Shown in pieces: positions 11,194 to 22,438 of a stretch of DNA of 64,000 nt. Source of the stretch: Bacteroidota bacterium. GTDB lineage: Bacteria > Bacteroidota > Ignavibacteria > Kryptoniales > JAKASW01. Where the stretch lies: contig JAJYIT010000009.1 of NCBI GenBank assembly GCA_021789975.1, positions 14,557 to 78,556 of the forward strand, in the 5' to 3' direction. Positions within the stretch are counted from its first letter, which is position 1. Each line of letters starts with the position of its first letter. Position numbers and translations under genes: made by a program. The notes below the pieces were generated by a model that made no database searches, had not been told where the DNA came from, and saw nothing but the letters and a program-made list of their open reading frames with translations.

Positions 11194-12449
11194 TGAATTC
11201 GTATGAAAGGTTGTCTCCGCCGGTTAAAGGCGACAAAATTAAGTACTCTAATGGAAAACTGGAAGTAACAAACAATCCCGTAATTCCCTTCATCGAAGGG
11301 GATGGAACGGGACCCGACATTTGGCGCGCAAGTAAGCTGGTGATCGACGCTGCAGTCCAAAAGGCCTATGGCGGCAAACGGAATATCGAATGGTTCGAAG
11401 TGTTTGCGGGCGAAAAGGCCAACAAGGTATACGGCAGAGAAGTCTGGCTGCCAGATGACACGCTCAAGGCGATCGGTGAATACATTGTTGCTATAAAAGG
11501 GCCCCTGACTACACCGGTCGGCGGAGGCATAAGATCATTAAATGTTGCACTACGACAAATGCTTGACCTTTACGTTTGTCTGAGGCCCGTCAGATATTTT
11601 GAAGGAGTACCCTCACCGGTAAAGAGACCTGAACTTATCAACATGGTCATATTCAGGGAAAACACGGAAGACATTTACGCCGGAATCGAATGGAAGGCTG
11701 GAACTGCAGAAGCTGAGAAGATTGTGAAATGGTTGATGGCCGAAATGGGTGTGAAGAAGATCAGATTTCCTGAGTCTTCAAGCATCGGCATAAAGCCTGT
11801 CTCCGAAGAAGGATCGAAGAGGTTGATTCGAGCCGCAATAAACTACGCACTTTCGAACAATCGTAAGAGTGTTACTTTTGTCCACAAGGGCAATATCATG
11901 AAGTACACGGAAGGCGGCTTCAGGGATTGGGGTTACGAGTTGGCAAAGAAGGAATTTCGTGACAGGATCGTTACTTGGGAAGAAGTTCAGCAGGGTGCGG
12001 CCGCAGAAGGCAAGCTTCTGATAAAGGATGCGATAGCAGATAATTTCTTGCAACAAATACTTACCAGACCGGCGGAGTATGATGTGATTGCGACTTTGAA
12101 TTTGAATGGCGACTATATCTCAGATGCTCTCGCTGCTCAGGTTGGTGGAATCGGCATAGCTCCCGGTGCAAATATCAACTACACAAATGGATATGCCATA
12201 TTTGAAGCGACGCACGGCACCGCGCCAAAGTACGCAAACCAGGACAAAGTCAATCCCGGATCCGTGATATTGAGTGCCGTTCTGATGCTTGAATACATTG
12301 GGTGGAACGAAGCCGCAGACATGATAGTCAAAGGTATGGAAAGCACCATCAAGCAAAAGGTCGTCACTTATGATTTCGCACGGCTGATGGAAGGCGCGAA
12401 AGAGGTTAAGACCTCTGATTTTGCCAAAGCGGTCGTTCAGAATATGTAG
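11193..12449 (+). CDS. icd: NADP-dependent isocitrate dehydrogenase
   Basis: 418 aa with [22 protein letters not shown] and [33 protein letters not shown]. 1-nt TAATG overlap with the HIT gene. Confidence 0.93.
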   Translation: MNSYERLSPPVKGDKIKYSNGKLEVTNNPVIPFIEGDGTGPDIWRASKLVIDAAVQKAYGGKRNIEWFEVFAGEKANKVYGREVWLPDDTLKAIGEYIVAIKGPLTTPVGGGIRSLNVALRQMLDLYVCLRPVRYFEGVPSPVKRPELINMVIFRENTEDIYAGIEWKAGTAEAEKIVKWLMAEMGVKKIRFPESSSIGIKPVSEEGSKRLIRAAINYALSNNRKSVTFVHKGNIMKYTEGGFRDWGYELAKKEFRDRIVTWEEVQQGAAAEGKLLIKDAIADNFLQQILTRPAEYDVIATLNLNGDYISDALAAQVGGIGIAPGANINYTNGYAIFEATHGTAPKYANQDKVNPGSVILSAVLMLEYIGWNEAADMIVKGMESTIKQKVVTYDFARLMEGAKEVKTSDFAKAVVQNM

Positions 12450-12487
12450 GCAACGTCGCAATAACTGTCACTGCCTTGAATCATCAA

Positions 12488-12520
12488 CCCCGCCGGATTT
12501 CGACTCGGCGGGGTTTTCGT
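12488..12520 (+). terminator. Rho-independent terminator after icd
   Basis: An 8-bp GC-rich stem (CCCCGCCG 12488-12495 pairs with CGGCGGGG 12506-12513), a 10-nt loop, then TTTTCGTTT. Confidence 0.8.
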
Positions 12521-12601
12521 TTGTGCATCCATGAAGACATGACATTGTTCATTTCGATGCCCGGATGGTCAGAACACTTCGTGATAATAATATACACTTG
12601 A

Positions 12602-13102
12602 TCAGTTGTGTCCGGCGTTGAGGCGAGTCTTCTTTCCCAGCTTCGGAATTTCCATGAAGCCCTGTGAGGGATTCTTGAGAATTATGTAATCGTAGACTTT
12701 TCGAATTGCGTCTTTCTGTCCCGGCCAAACTAAAAGAGAAACGGCTTCATCCATGTTTAGCCACCTGAAGTCCTGGTGCTCGGCAGACAGATGGACAGCC
12801 GAGTCGTTTGAAAAAGCTGCGGCAAATACGGGACTGACGTTTACCGTGTCATTCGTATAGAAGTAGAAGACATTGGTCAATGGAGTGTTGAACAAAGACT
12901 CAGGTTCGATGCCTGTTTCTTCCACCACCTCCCGGTACGCCGCCTCGAAAGCCTTCTCTCTCTCTTCAATTCCTCCGCTCACCAGCTGCCATAAGCCGGG
13001 ATAAATATTGTCGTTATCAGATCGTCGGAGAACGAGGAACTCAGGGGTCTCCTTTAATCTGAAGACTACCACTTCCACGATCTTGAAATCAATATTCGGC
13101 AT
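12602..13102 (-). CDS. NUDIX hydrolase
   Basis: Nudix box GGIEEREKAFEAAYREVVEETGI. Confidence 0.85.
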   Translation of the reverse strand: MPNIDFKIVEVVVFRLKETPEFLVLRRSDNDNIYPGLWQLVSGGIEEREKAFEAAYREVVEETGIEPESLFNTPLTNVFYFYTNDTVNVSPVFAAAFSNDSAVHLSAEHQDFRWLNMDEAVSLLVWPGQKDAIRKVYDYIILKNPSQGFMEIPKLGKKTRLNAGHN

Positions 13103-13851
13103 TATTCAAATATCTTTCCTATTTCTTGTTCCGTTATTTTACGCCACTTGCCCTCAGGTAGATCCAGTTCCAACTTCCCGATTGTCGATCGGTGGAGTGA
13201 CAAGACGCGCTTACCGATAGCCTCAAACATTTTCCTGACCTGCCTGTTCTTGCCTTCGTGAATTCTCATCCTGACAAGCGATGTTGATTGCCCTGCTGAA
13301 ACGATCACACATTCGTCTGCGCTAACGGTAATTCCCTCCGCGATCTCGATGCCTGAAAGGAGCTTTTCAACGATGTGCTCGTTTAGCTTACCGCTAACTG
13401 TGGCAAGATATGTCTTGTCGATCTTGCTTCCCGGCGACGTGATTTTCTCCGATAGTTCACCATCGTTGGTTAATAGTAATAGCCCGGTCGTGTCAAGGTC
13501 CAGTCTCCCGACAGGGAACAAATGGGAGTTGTCCGGCACCAACTCCATAACAGCCTTCCTTGAAAGTTCATCGTGAAAGGTGGTGACATAACCGGCCGGT
13601 TTGTTCAGCATGATTACAACTGTGGACGGCTTCGACAGGAGTTGATCTCCGACTTCTATGTGGTCATTGACAAGGTCTACTTCCTGCCAGGGATAAGTGA
13701 CTCTCTTCCCATTGACGGAGATTTCTCCACTTTTTATAAGGGTTACTGCGCGTGATCTGGAACAATATCCAAGCTTGGAAAGAGCACGTGCAAGTGGGAT
13801 TCTCCCCGTCGCAATCGCGGCGGAGCGACTTGTAGCAACTGGGCGTTTCAA
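13102..13851 (-). CDS. rRNA pseudouridine synthase (RsuA/RluB family) with S4 domain
   Basis: S4-like N-terminus (RIPLARALSKLGYCSRSRA) and catalytic motif VGRLDLDTTGLLLLTND. Confidence 0.85.
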   Translation of the reverse strand: MKRPVATSRSAAIATGRIPLARALSKLGYCSRSRAVTLIKSGEISVNGKRVTYPWQEVDLVNDHIEVGDQLLSKPSTVVIMLNKPAGYVTTFHDELSRKAVMELVPDNSHLFPVGRLDLDTTGLLLLTNDGELSEKITSPGSKIDKTYLATVSGKLNEHIVEKLLSGIEIAEGITVSADECVIVSAGQSTSLVRMRIHEGKNRQVRKMFEAIGKRVLSLHRSTIGKLELDLPEGKWRKITEQEIGKIFE

Positions 13852-14337
13852 TCTGGAATGGTGCCAGCTATTAATCTTCGAACATCCATAATCTTCCGCA
13901 ATAAAATCTCAATTCCGAAAATCCATCGTGTGTAATTTACCCTAACGGGAATATTTTTGCCAACTGAGCGTGGTGGATCACCTCGGTTTGCTTGCCATGG
14001 GTGAAACAGAAAATATTTCACTTCTCAACCGGAATTTAGTGGAATCTTATCTCCATCCGATGGGGCGACCGTCCTTTGACTGTTTGCGGGATGATCTCAG
14101 GGAAGGGCTGAGACTCAAGCCCGCATGCCGATCCAGACGGGTTCCCGTGCCATCGGGCATTAATCACTGAGTAACATGGGCCCCGGTAGATCCCGAAATA
14201 ACACGTCACCATGAACACCATGGTGTCGAAAAATTCCGTCCTCGCAATTGAAAATATTACCCGGACTCTATGTCGAAAATGGTCAGGTGGGTATTGCAAT
14301 TAGTAAATAGGTGCGTTATCATTGGCAGTAAACCATC

Positions 14338-16149
14338 TTGCAACGAAAAGTGGAGGGTACCTTGGATGCGCCACGTACTCTGTGTGAGTTGCTCGAGAAG
14401 TCAGTTGAGTCTTACAAAAACCCAAAGATGCTCAACAGTAAAGTCAGGGGCACTTGGGAATCTTTAAGTTCCGATCAGGTTTATCTGTCTGTTAAGCACG
14501 TAGCACTTGGACTGCACTCGCTTGGAATTGTCCCCGGCGACCGAGTTGCGCTTTACGCGGACAGTTCGAGTTATTGGACCATCGCTGATCTTGGCATCAT
14601 CCAGGCAGGCGCTGCGGATGTACCGATCTACGTCACGCAAGCTTTGCCGGATATTGAATTCATATTGAAGAATTCGGAAGCGATATGCATTTTTGTCGGT
14701 TCAAAGAAGTTGTACGAACGGGCGAGAGGGGCAATAGAGAAGACAAAGTGCAAGTTGGTGATAGGGTTTCCACGGGAAGATTTCGGCTCGGGAGTCATTG
14801 AGTGGTCGGACCTTATTGCTGAAGGCCGTAATGAAGAAGAGGTGGCTCCGGATAAATTTGAAGAATTTCGCGGCGCCGCAAAGGAAGACGACCTCGCTAC
14901 GATAATATACACAAGTGGAACTACGGGCGAGCCAAAAGGGGTGATGCTTTCACACAAGAATCTGGTGTCGAATGCGGTGGACTGTGCCAGGATCTTTACC
15001 TTCAACGGTATCGATGACGTCGCCCTGAGCTACCTCCCTCCGTCTCACGTGTTCGAAAGGATGATTCTGTACCATTATATCAATGTAGGGATACAAGTTT
15101 ATTATGCCGAGTCGGTTGATGCTTTACCGAAAAACATGCTCGAAGTAAGGCCCCACATCATGACGACCGTCCCTCGAATGCTTGAGAAAGCTTTTGAGAA
15201 AGCACAGACAGTTGTTGAGAATATGCAGGCTTATAAGAAAGCGTTGTTCAAGTGGGCAGTGAATCTTGCGAGGGAATTCGATTCTGAAAAAAAGTTGCCG
15301 TTGGGATATAGGGTGAAACAGCGAATCGCGAGTTTCCTGGTATATAAGAATTTGCGGGCTGCTTTTGGAGGTAGGATAAGATTCATCATAAGTGGTGGAG
15401 CGCCGCTCGACCCGGAACTGGCAAGAATTTTCTGTGCGGCTGGCCTTCCGGTGCTTCAGGGTTACGGCTTGACGGAGACCTCGCCTGTCATATCAGTGAA
15501 CAGGGTAGCCCGGAACCGCATAGGCTCCGTCGGTCCTTTGATTCCCAATGTGTCGGTAAAAATAGCGGGTGATGGAGAAATACTTGTAGACGGGCCGAAT
15601 GTTATGCGCGGGTACTATAAGAACCCCGGGGAGACCGCCGCCTCGTTCGAAGGATCGTGGTTCAAAACCGGGGATATCGGACATCTTGATAAGGATGGGT
15701 TCTTGTTCGTGACAGACCGGAAAAAGGATTTGCTGAAAACCAGCGGTGGAAAGTTCATCGCACCACAGGAAATTGAAACGCTGCTTGCCAGAAGCCTTTA
15801 TGTAGAGAAGGCAATTGTGATAGGCGACCGGCGTAAGTTTGCTTCTGCACTGATCTTCCCCAACTGGGATGCGCTTACTGGATTCACCGAGAAAAATGAG
15901 ATTAGCTATTCATCGAGATCGGATCTACTCGCAAACGGGAAAATCAAAACACTGTTCAGCGGCATCGTGGAAGACGCCAACAGCCACCTGTCACAGTGGG
16001 AAACGATCAAGAAATTTGCGGTGGTAGAAGGCGAGCTATCGGTGGAAGCAGATTACCTGACGCCGACACTAAAGATGAAACGGCGAAATGTCGAAGGACG
16101 TTATCGTGACCTGATTGAAAGCTTTTATCAAGAGGAACAAAAAAGATGA
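14338..16149 (+). CDS. Long-chain fatty acid--CoA ligase (AMP-forming)
   Basis: AMP-binding signature IIYTSGTTGEPKGV, plus GYGLTETS and FVTDRKKDLLKTSGGKFIAP. 603 aa. Start taken from the track (TTG) and is uncertain. Confidence 0.85.
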   Translation: MQRKVEGTLDAPRTLCELLEKSVESYKNPKMLNSKVRGTWESLSSDQVYLSVKHVALGLHSLGIVPGDRVALYADSSSYWTIADLGIIQAGAADVPIYVTQALPDIEFILKNSEAICIFVGSKKLYERARGAIEKTKCKLVIGFPREDFGSGVIEWSDLIAEGRNEEEVAPDKFEEFRGAAKEDDLATIIYTSGTTGEPKGVMLSHKNLVSNAVDCARIFTFNGIDDVALSYLPPSHVFERMILYHYINVGIQVYYAESVDALPKNMLEVRPHIMTTVPRMLEKAFEKAQTVVENMQAYKKALFKWAVNLAREFDSEKKLPLGYRVKQRIASFLVYKNLRAAFGGRIRFIISGGAPLDPELARIFCAAGLPVLQGYGLTETSPVISVNRVARNRIGSVGPLIPNVSVKIAGDGEILVDGPNVMRGYYKNPGETAASFEGSWFKTGDIGHLDKDGFLFVTDRKKDLLKTSGGKFIAPQEIETLLARSLYVEKAIVIGDRRKFASALIFPNWDALTGFTEKNEISYSSRSDLLANGKIKTLFSGIVEDANSHLSQWETIKKFAVVEGELSVEADYLTPTLKMKRRNVEGRYRDLIESFYQEEQKR

Positions 16150-18551
16150 GACAAATCAAAAAAGCGGCCGTCCTGGGCGCAGGCGTAATGGGCGCCCAGA
16201 TAGCAGCACATCTTGCAAACGCGGGAATAAGTTCATATTTGCTGGATATTGTTCCGGACAATTTGAATGGAGATGAGACGAAGAGAGGATTGAAGCTCAG
16301 CGACCCTGCTGTCAGAAATCGGTTTTCTTCCGGGGGCTTGAAACGCGCGATGGAGCTTAAGCCCGCACCACTCTTCACCAAGAAATTGGCACAATATATT
16401 ACAATCGGGAATCTCGAAGACGACCTTGATAAGATTTCTAAAGTCGATTGGATTATCGAAGTAATCGTGGAAAGTCTGAAACCCAAGCGGGACCTTATGA
16501 AGAGGGTAGATGCCCTGCGGAAGCCGGGTACTTTTGTCAGCTCTAACACCAGTGGGATCCCGATTTCCGAGATTAGTTCCGGATTGTCAGATGACTTCAG
16601 AAAGCATTTTCTAGGGACACACTTCTTCAATCCTCCGCGGTACCTTTATCTCCTTGAGCTGATCCCTACCTCGGAAACCCTGCCGGAGGTTGTCTCCTTC
16701 ATGCGCTCCTTCGCAGAGGACGTGCTCGGAAAAGGTGTCGTCGTGTGCAACGATACTCCGAACTTCATCGCTAACCGAATCGGCGTAGCAGCTATGAATT
16801 ACGTCATTCATAAAATGGTTGAGCGCGACTATACGATCGAGGAAGTGGATGCGATAACAGGGCCCGCATCGGGACGACCGAAGAGCGCGACATTTCGAAC
16901 CGCCGACGTAGTCGGGCTGGATACGATAATTCATGTGTCAGAAAACCTTTATGACGCCGCCGCGGACGATGAGATGCGTGACTTCTTTAGAGTACCGCAG
17001 TTCGCACTCGAGATGCAAAAGAAAAACTGGCTGGGAGAAAAGACAAAAGGTGGTTTCTATAAACGGACGAAGAACGAAAAAGGTGAGACGGAGATACTGA
17101 CTCTGGATTATCGCAAAATGGAATACCGGAAAAGGCAGAAGGCTTCATTCGCCTCCATCGAAACGGGCAAAAACATCGACGACGTAGCGGAACGCGTGAA
17201 GAATCTGGCCTACGCGAAGGACAGGGCCGGAGAGTTCTTCTGGGATATCACCGCGGAGATTCTTCTGTACTCGGCGAATCGAATTCCGGAGATTGCCGAT
17301 GACGTGGTGAGCGTTGACAACGCAATGAAGTGGGGATTCGGCTGGGAACTCGGTCCATTCGAGATTTGGGATGCGATAGGTTTGGAAAGATCTGTCGCTA
17401 AGATGAAGGAAGAAGGGAGACAGATTCCGGAGAAGATCCTCGCCATGATTGCTTCAGGAGCCAAGGACTTCTATAAAGAGAGCGAGGGGAAGAGGCTCTA
17501 CTTCAACTTCGTATCGAATTCTTACAAGGCTGTGGAATCTTCTAAGAAGGTTATCAATATCAGAAACGAGAAGAAGAAAGGGAAAATCATCAAATCGAAT
17601 TCGGGGGCGTCTCTGATCGACATCGGCGATTCCGTAGCCTGTTTGGAATTCCATTCCAAGGCGAACGTCATCGGAGAAGATGTGCTCCAGTTGACTGATT
17701 ATAGTTTGAGCAAGCTTGAAAGCGATTTCGACGCTCTGGTTATTTCCAACCAGGGGAAGTATTTCTCTGCTGGCGCCAATCTCATGCTGGTGCTTATGCT
17801 CGCTCAGGATGGTGAATTTGATGAGCTTGATCGCGCTGTGAGATTGTTCCAGTCCGTGAACATGCGGATCAAGTATGCGCCTAAACCGGTTGTCGTCGCC
17901 CCCTTCAATATGACTCTTGGTGGCGGGACGGAAATGGTGCTCCATGGGGCACGTGTCAGAGCTGCTGCAGAAACATATATCGGGTTGGTCGAAGTTGGGG
18001 TGGGCGTGATTCCCGCAGGCGGCGGCACGAAGGAGATGCTCGCGCGCAGTCTCAAGAGAGCTCCGAAGAGTCAGGATGCCGACCTTATGCCCTTTGCTCA
18101 GGAAGTTCTTGAGACTCTCGGAACTGCGAAAGTTGCGACGAGTGCGTCAGAAGCAGTCGAGCTTGGGTTTCTGAGATCGACGGATGGTATATCTATGAAT
18201 CACCAATTCCTTCTCCATGATGCTAAGGTGACAGCTCTTTCTTTGGTTCGTGAAGGATATAAACCCCCGGTGAAAGATAAGATTGTTGCACTTGGTCAGC
18301 CTGTACTTTCAGCTTTAACGCTCGGATTATACCTGTGGAAAGAAGGGAAAAGAATTACGGAGTACGAGTTTCACATCGGGAAGAAGCTGGCGTATGTTAT
18401 CACAGGTGGAGACTTCACGTCTGCCCAGGAGGTGGACGAAGAATACTTCCTGAGCCTCGAGCGCGAAGCGTTCCTGAGCCTGTGTGGTGAGCGCAAGACC
18501 CAAGAAAGGATGCAATATATGTTGAAGAATAATAAAGCTCTAAGGAATTGA
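16146..18551 (+). CDS. Bifunctional 3-hydroxyacyl-CoA dehydrogenase / enoyl-CoA hydratase (FadN-type domain order)
   Basis: N-terminal Rossmann AAVLGAGVMGAQIAAHLA and the HFFNPP motif indicate the dehydrogenase. A C-terminal crotonase-like segment (GKYFSAGANLML...GGGTEMVLH) indicates the hydratase. ATGA overlap with the upstream ligase gene. Confidence 0.85.
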   Translation: MRQIKKAAVLGAGVMGAQIAAHLANAGISSYLLDIVPDNLNGDETKRGLKLSDPAVRNRFSSGGLKRAMELKPAPLFTKKLAQYITIGNLEDDLDKISKVDWIIEVIVESLKPKRDLMKRVDALRKPGTFVSSNTSGIPISEISSGLSDDFRKHFLGTHFFNPPRYLYLLELIPTSETLPEVVSFMRSFAEDVLGKGVVVCNDTPNFIANRIGVAAMNYVIHKMVERDYTIEEVDAITGPASGRPKSATFRTADVVGLDTIIHVSENLYDAAADDEMRDFFRVPQFALEMQKKNWLGEKTKGGFYKRTKNEKGETEILTLDYRKMEYRKRQKASFASIETGKNIDDVAERVKNLAYAKDRAGEFFWDITAEILLYSANRIPEIADDVVSVDNAMKWGFGWELGPFEIWDAIGLERSVAKMKEEGRQIPEKILAMIASGAKDFYKESEGKRLYFNFVSNSYKAVESSKKVINIRNEKKKGKIIKSNSGASLIDIGDSVACLEFHSKANVIGEDVLQLTDYSLSKLESDFDALVISNQGKYFSAGANLMLVLMLAQDGEFDELDRAVRLFQSVNMRIKYAPKPVVVAPFNMTLGGGTEMVLHGARVRAAAETYIGLVEVGVGVIPAGGGTKEMLARSLKRAPKSQDADLMPFAQEVLETLGTAKVATSASEAVELGFLRSTDGISMNHQFLLHDAKVTALSLVREGYKPPVKDKIVALGQPVLSALTLGLYLWKEGKRITEYEFHIGKKLAYVITGGDFTSAQEVDEEYFLSLEREAFLSLCGERKTQERMQYMLKNNKALRN

Positions 18552-18554
18552 AAA

Positions 18555-19733
18555 ATGCATGATGCAGTCATAGTTACCTCAGTGAGAACGGCCGTCGGCA
18601 AAGCGAAGAAAGGTGCTCTGCGAGATTTCAGGCCCGACGAGATGGCCGCCGAAGTGATTAGGGCAGCGATTGAGCGCACGCCGAAACTTGATCCGGAAAT
18701 GGTTGACGATGTCCTTCTGGGCTGTGCGATGCCGGAAGCCGAACAAGGGATGAACGTTGCCAGGGTTTCTGCGCTGCGTGCGGGCATGCCCGTTTCTGTG
18801 CCCGCAGCCACGGTAAACAGATTTTGTTCTTCCGGTTTGCAGACAATCGCAATGGCTTCCGAAAGGATAATGGCAGGCTTTGCCGAGATCATCATTGCCG
18901 GAGGTACCGAGACAATGAGCCTCGTGCCGATGGGCGGCTTCAAGGTCGTCCCCAACCCGAGCTTGATCGACAACCGTCCGGAAACGTATTTGAGTATGGG
19001 ATTGACCGCTGAGCGAGTGGCAGAACAATACAATATCTCGCGTCAGGATCAAGACAAGTTTTCGCTGCGAAGTCATGAAAGGGCGGTCTCCGCAATTAAG
19101 AACGGGAAATTTGTGGACGAAATCGTTCCCCTGAAAGTAAAACGCAAATTTGGCAGGAATGGCAAGTCGGCGCAGGAGGAAATCACCTTTAAGGTGGATG
19201 AAGGTCCTCGCGAGGACACGACACTCGAAAGGCTATCTTTGCTGAAGCCTGCGTTCATGGAGGGCGGAACTGTAACGGCGGGCAATTCGTCTCAGATGAG
19301 CGACGGCGCGGCTGCCTCGGTAGTGATGAGCGCCGAAATGGCGAACACGCTCGGATTGAAACCGCTGGCGAAGTTCGTTTCGTTTGCGGTTGCGGGAGTT
19401 CCGCCTGAAGTAATGGGTATCGGGCCGGTGAAGGCGATACCCAAGGCTCTTAAACTTGCCGGGCTTGAGCTTGATGATATTGATATCGTCGAGTTGAACG
19501 AGGCGTTCGCTTCGCAGGCTCTGGCGGTGGTACGCGAACTTGGGATGGATGAAGAAAAGGTAAATGTAAACGGCGGGGCCATTGCTCTTGGCCATCCGTT
19601 GGGCTGTACTGGAGCCAAACTGACCGCTTCTTTGCTTCATGAGATGAAGCGAAGGAAAGCAAGGCTTGGTATGGTGACGATGTGTATCGGCGGAGGCATG
19701 GGCGCAGCCGGCATTTTCGAAAATCTGGATTGA
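18555..19733 (+). CDS. Acetyl-CoA C-acyltransferase (thiolase)
   Basis: Active-site Cys context [26 protein letters not shown] and C-terminal MCIGGGMG. Confidence 0.92.
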   Translation: MHDAVIVTSVRTAVGKAKKGALRDFRPDEMAAEVIRAAIERTPKLDPEMVDDVLLGCAMPEAEQGMNVARVSALRAGMPVSVPAATVNRFCSSGLQTIAMASERIMAGFAEIIIAGGTETMSLVPMGGFKVVPNPSLIDNRPETYLSMGLTAERVAEQYNISRQDQDKFSLRSHERAVSAIKNGKFVDEIVPLKVKRKFGRNGKSAQEEITFKVDEGPREDTTLERLSLLKPAFMEGGTVTAGNSSQMSDGAAASVVMSAEMANTLGLKPLAKFVSFAVAGVPPEVMGIGPVKAIPKALKLAGLELDDIDIVELNEAFASQALAVVRELGMDEEKVNVNGGAIALGHPLGCTGAKLTASLLHEMKRRKARLGMVTMCIGGGMGAAGIFENLD

Positions 19734-19809
19734 GGCAGGAATTCCAGTTAGGACAACTTAAACATTCACAGAACTGACGAATCGATTTGGGAAACGAAGG
19801 GAGTCAAGC

Positions 19810-21603
19810 ATGAAGGCGGGTTCAAATCAAAGTCTGAGTTACAAGAAGGGTGGCAGTTTTCTTATCGAAGACACGAAGCCCGATGAAGTATTTACTCCTG
19901 AAGATTTCACTGAGCAACACAAGATGATCGCCGATACTACGAGGGATTTCGTAGACAACGAGGTGATGCCAAACGTCGACAAGCTCGAAGAGCTTAACTA
20001 TGATCTTTCTGTTAAACTCCTTCGCAAGGCGGGCGAAATCGGACTTCTCTCAGTTGATATACCTGAAGAATACGGCGGGCTCGAATTGGACAAGACAAGC
20101 TCTATGCTGGTTGCCGAGAATCTCGGTAAGACCGGAGCTTTCGCGGTGAGCCACGGTGCGCATACCGGAATCGGCACTTTGCCGATCGTGTACTTCGGCA
20201 CGGAAGAACAGAAGAAGAAATACTTGCCGAAATTTGCGACTGCAGAATTGATCTCTTCTTACTCGCTGTCGGAGCCGGGATCAGGTAGCGATGCGCTTTC
20301 CGCAAAGACTACCGCGACGCCTGCTGCGGACGGCAAGTCGTTCGTTCTTAATGGATCAAAAATGTGGTTGTCAAATGCAGGCTTTGCCGACGTCTATATC
20401 ACTTTCGCACAGGTCGGCGGAGATAAGTTTACATCTTTCATCCTGGAAAAAGGCTACAAGGGGATTTCCCTCGGCAAAGAAGAGAAGAAGATGGGGATCA
20501 AAGGATCATCCACCCGGGCATTGAACCTTGACAATGTCGAGGTCCCTGCAGAAAACATTGTCGGAGAAGTTGGGAAAGGGCACCGAGTTGCTCTCAACAT
20601 TTTAAATATCGGAAGGTTCAAGCTTGGTGCCGGTGTAATCGGCGGTGCCAAAGCAATAATAACTGAATCGGTGAAATACGCAAAGACCCGCAAGCAATTC
20701 CGGGTCCCAATTAGCTCATTTGGGATTATCAAACATAAACTGGGAGAGATGGCGATTAGGACCTTTGCCGGCGAGTCCATGGTATACCGTACTGCCGGGC
20801 TGATAGATTCAATTTTGGGAAATCTTGACAAGGGAGCTCCGGATGCAGGCATGATGGCATTGAAGGGGATAGAGGAATACGCTGTCGAATGCAGCATAAT
20901 CAAAGTTTATGCTTCCGAGATTCTAAACTACGTCGCGGATGAAGGCGTCCAGATTTTCGGGGGATATGGTTATACGGAAGAGTATCCAGTTGCGAGGCCT
21001 TACCGCGACTCCCGGATCAACAGGATATTCGAAGGCACGAACGAAATAAACAGGCTGCTTATTCCGTCAATGCTGATAAGGCGGGCGATGAAGGGTGAAC
21101 TTCCTTTGATGGCCGCCGCTCAGAAGCTTATGGATGAAGTGGTTTCGTTCTCTGCCGGTGAATCGTCAATCGAAGGACCGCTTTCCGAGGAGCTCAATCT
21201 TGCATCGAATGGAAAGAAAATAGGCCTGATGGTTGCCGGAGCGGCTTTCCAGAAATACATGGACAAACTGGAACACGAGCAGGAGGTAATATGGCACATC
21301 AGCGATATAGCCATGGAAGCTTACGCGATGGAGAGTATCCTTCTTCGCGTTCGGAAAATGTATGAGCGGAACGGAAAAGATGTGAACTTGTATGGCGACA
21401 TGTCACAAGCGTTCGTCTATGATGCAATAGAAAGAATTGAAAGCCATGCAAAAGCCGCTTTGGCGATAATTGCGGAGGGTGATGTTTTGCGAACTTACCT
21501 TACTGCGATTCGCAGGCTGTTGAAATACACACCCATCAATTCAGCTTACATCCGTAGGGCCGTCGCTGATAAACTGGCTGATGCCGACCGGTATGATCTG
21601 TGA
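19810..21603 (+). CDS. Acyl-CoA dehydrogenase (long ~600-aa form with C-terminal extension)
   Basis: LSEPGSGSDA, the FILEKGYKG...MGIKGSSTRAL region and QIFGGYGYTEEYPVARPYRDSRINRIFEGTNEI. Confidence 0.88.
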   Translation: MKAGSNQSLSYKKGGSFLIEDTKPDEVFTPEDFTEQHKMIADTTRDFVDNEVMPNVDKLEELNYDLSVKLLRKAGEIGLLSVDIPEEYGGLELDKTSSMLVAENLGKTGAFAVSHGAHTGIGTLPIVYFGTEEQKKKYLPKFATAELISSYSLSEPGSGSDALSAKTTATPAADGKSFVLNGSKMWLSNAGFADVYITFAQVGGDKFTSFILEKGYKGISLGKEEKKMGIKGSSTRALNLDNVEVPAENIVGEVGKGHRVALNILNIGRFKLGAGVIGGAKAIITESVKYAKTRKQFRVPISSFGIIKHKLGEMAIRTFAGESMVYRTAGLIDSILGNLDKGAPDAGMMALKGIEEYAVECSIIKVYASEILNYVADEGVQIFGGYGYTEEYPVARPYRDSRINRIFEGTNEINRLLIPSMLIRRAMKGELPLMAAAQKLMDEVVSFSAGESSIEGPLSEELNLASNGKKIGLMVAGAAFQKYMDKLEHEQEVIWHISDIAMEAYAMESILLRVRKMYERNGKDVNLYGDMSQAFVYDAIERIESHAKAALAIIAEGDVLRTYLTAIRRLLKYTPINSAYIRRAVADKLADADRYDL

Positions 21604-21665
21604 TCATAAACTCGTAACTGTCTGAGACTGCTTGTCGGGCTACTCTGTAGGGATTGTAGGGGATA

Positions 21666-22256
21666 CTATAAGTGTAAGAAAGGATGCAGCGAGTCCTTCA
21701 GTTGACCATAATCCATTTCTGTCATGCCGTATATGTTATGGTCGAGGAATCTGTTTTTGATTCTTTCGTTTTCTCTGAGGACCCCTTCAATCTTGAAGCC
21801 GAGCTTTCTGATTACACCGTTGCTTGCGTCATTGTCGGTGGCTGCCTGTATGAAAATTCGGTGCAGTCTTAAATTGTCGAACAGGTAAGTCAGTAGGATA
21901 GCGGTGGCCTCCGACGCAAAATTCTGCCTGACAGACTCTTTCTTTATCCAGTAACCTATGCTTGTGCGCTGATTTGTCCAGTCGATCTGGCCAGTGCTTA
22001 CCATTCCCACGACTTCATCCTCTGCCTTTATAGAAAGATGGATAGCAGCCCTTATTTGCATATCATATATCCATTGCTCAATAATGTGTCTTTCATCCTC
22101 GAGACTCTGAATAAAGTCGACCCACGGCAACCACTTCTCCAGGTGTTCGCGGGAGTCTCGGATTATGGCGTAAAGCTTATTCACGTCACCGATCTTAATT
22201 GCCTGTAAGGTGACTCGTCGTCCATGAAGTTCCAGATTGTTGAAATCGTCCATCAT
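21666..22256 (-). CDS. GNAT-family N-acetyltransferase (RimJ/RimL-like)
   Basis: Pattern LHGRRVTLQAIKIGD...IGYWI...ATAILLTYLFDNLRLHRIFIQAATDNDASNGVIRKLGFKIEG. Internal ATG 22256 is preferred over the longest ORF start at 22388. Confidence 0.7.
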   Translation of the reverse strand: MMDDFNNLELHGRRVTLQAIKIGDVNKLYAIIRDSREHLEKWLPWVDFIQSLEDERHIIEQWIYDMQIRAAIHLSIKAEDEVVGMVSTGQIDWTNQRTSIGYWIKKESVRQNFASEATAILLTYLFDNLRLHRIFIQAATDNDASNGVIRKLGFKIEGVLRENERIKNRFLDHNIYGMTEMDYGQLKDSLHPFLHL

Positions 22257-22438
22257 GCAACTAAGATATGGCTTAATTGAACTTTTCACAAATCCGGTGA
22301 ATTGAAACTTCCAGCGAGCGTAATTCGCCATATGAGAACGAAATGTGATCCGCGATACCCACCTGGTTGCACAGTGACGCGGCGGCATTTATATTCCTTC
22401 AATGATATTTTTGCTTATAAGTTGAGGGAGATAGCGCC

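Noticed and set aside
13852-14337. A 486-bp gap upstream of the acyl-CoA ligase containing an 87-aa minus-strand ORF (14036..14299) and two short plus-strand ORFs.
   Set aside because: There are no recognisable motifs, the start is TTG without a Shine-Dalgarno sequence, and I could not assign a family. It is left unannotated as a likely promoter or leader region or a small gene relic.
16007-19033. Long minus-strand ORFs (16007..16630, 17454..17945, 18371..19033, 18579..19076).
   Set aside because: All are antisense to the motif-rich ligase, FadN-type and thiolase genes. Their composition is typical of antisense frames of GC-balanced genes.
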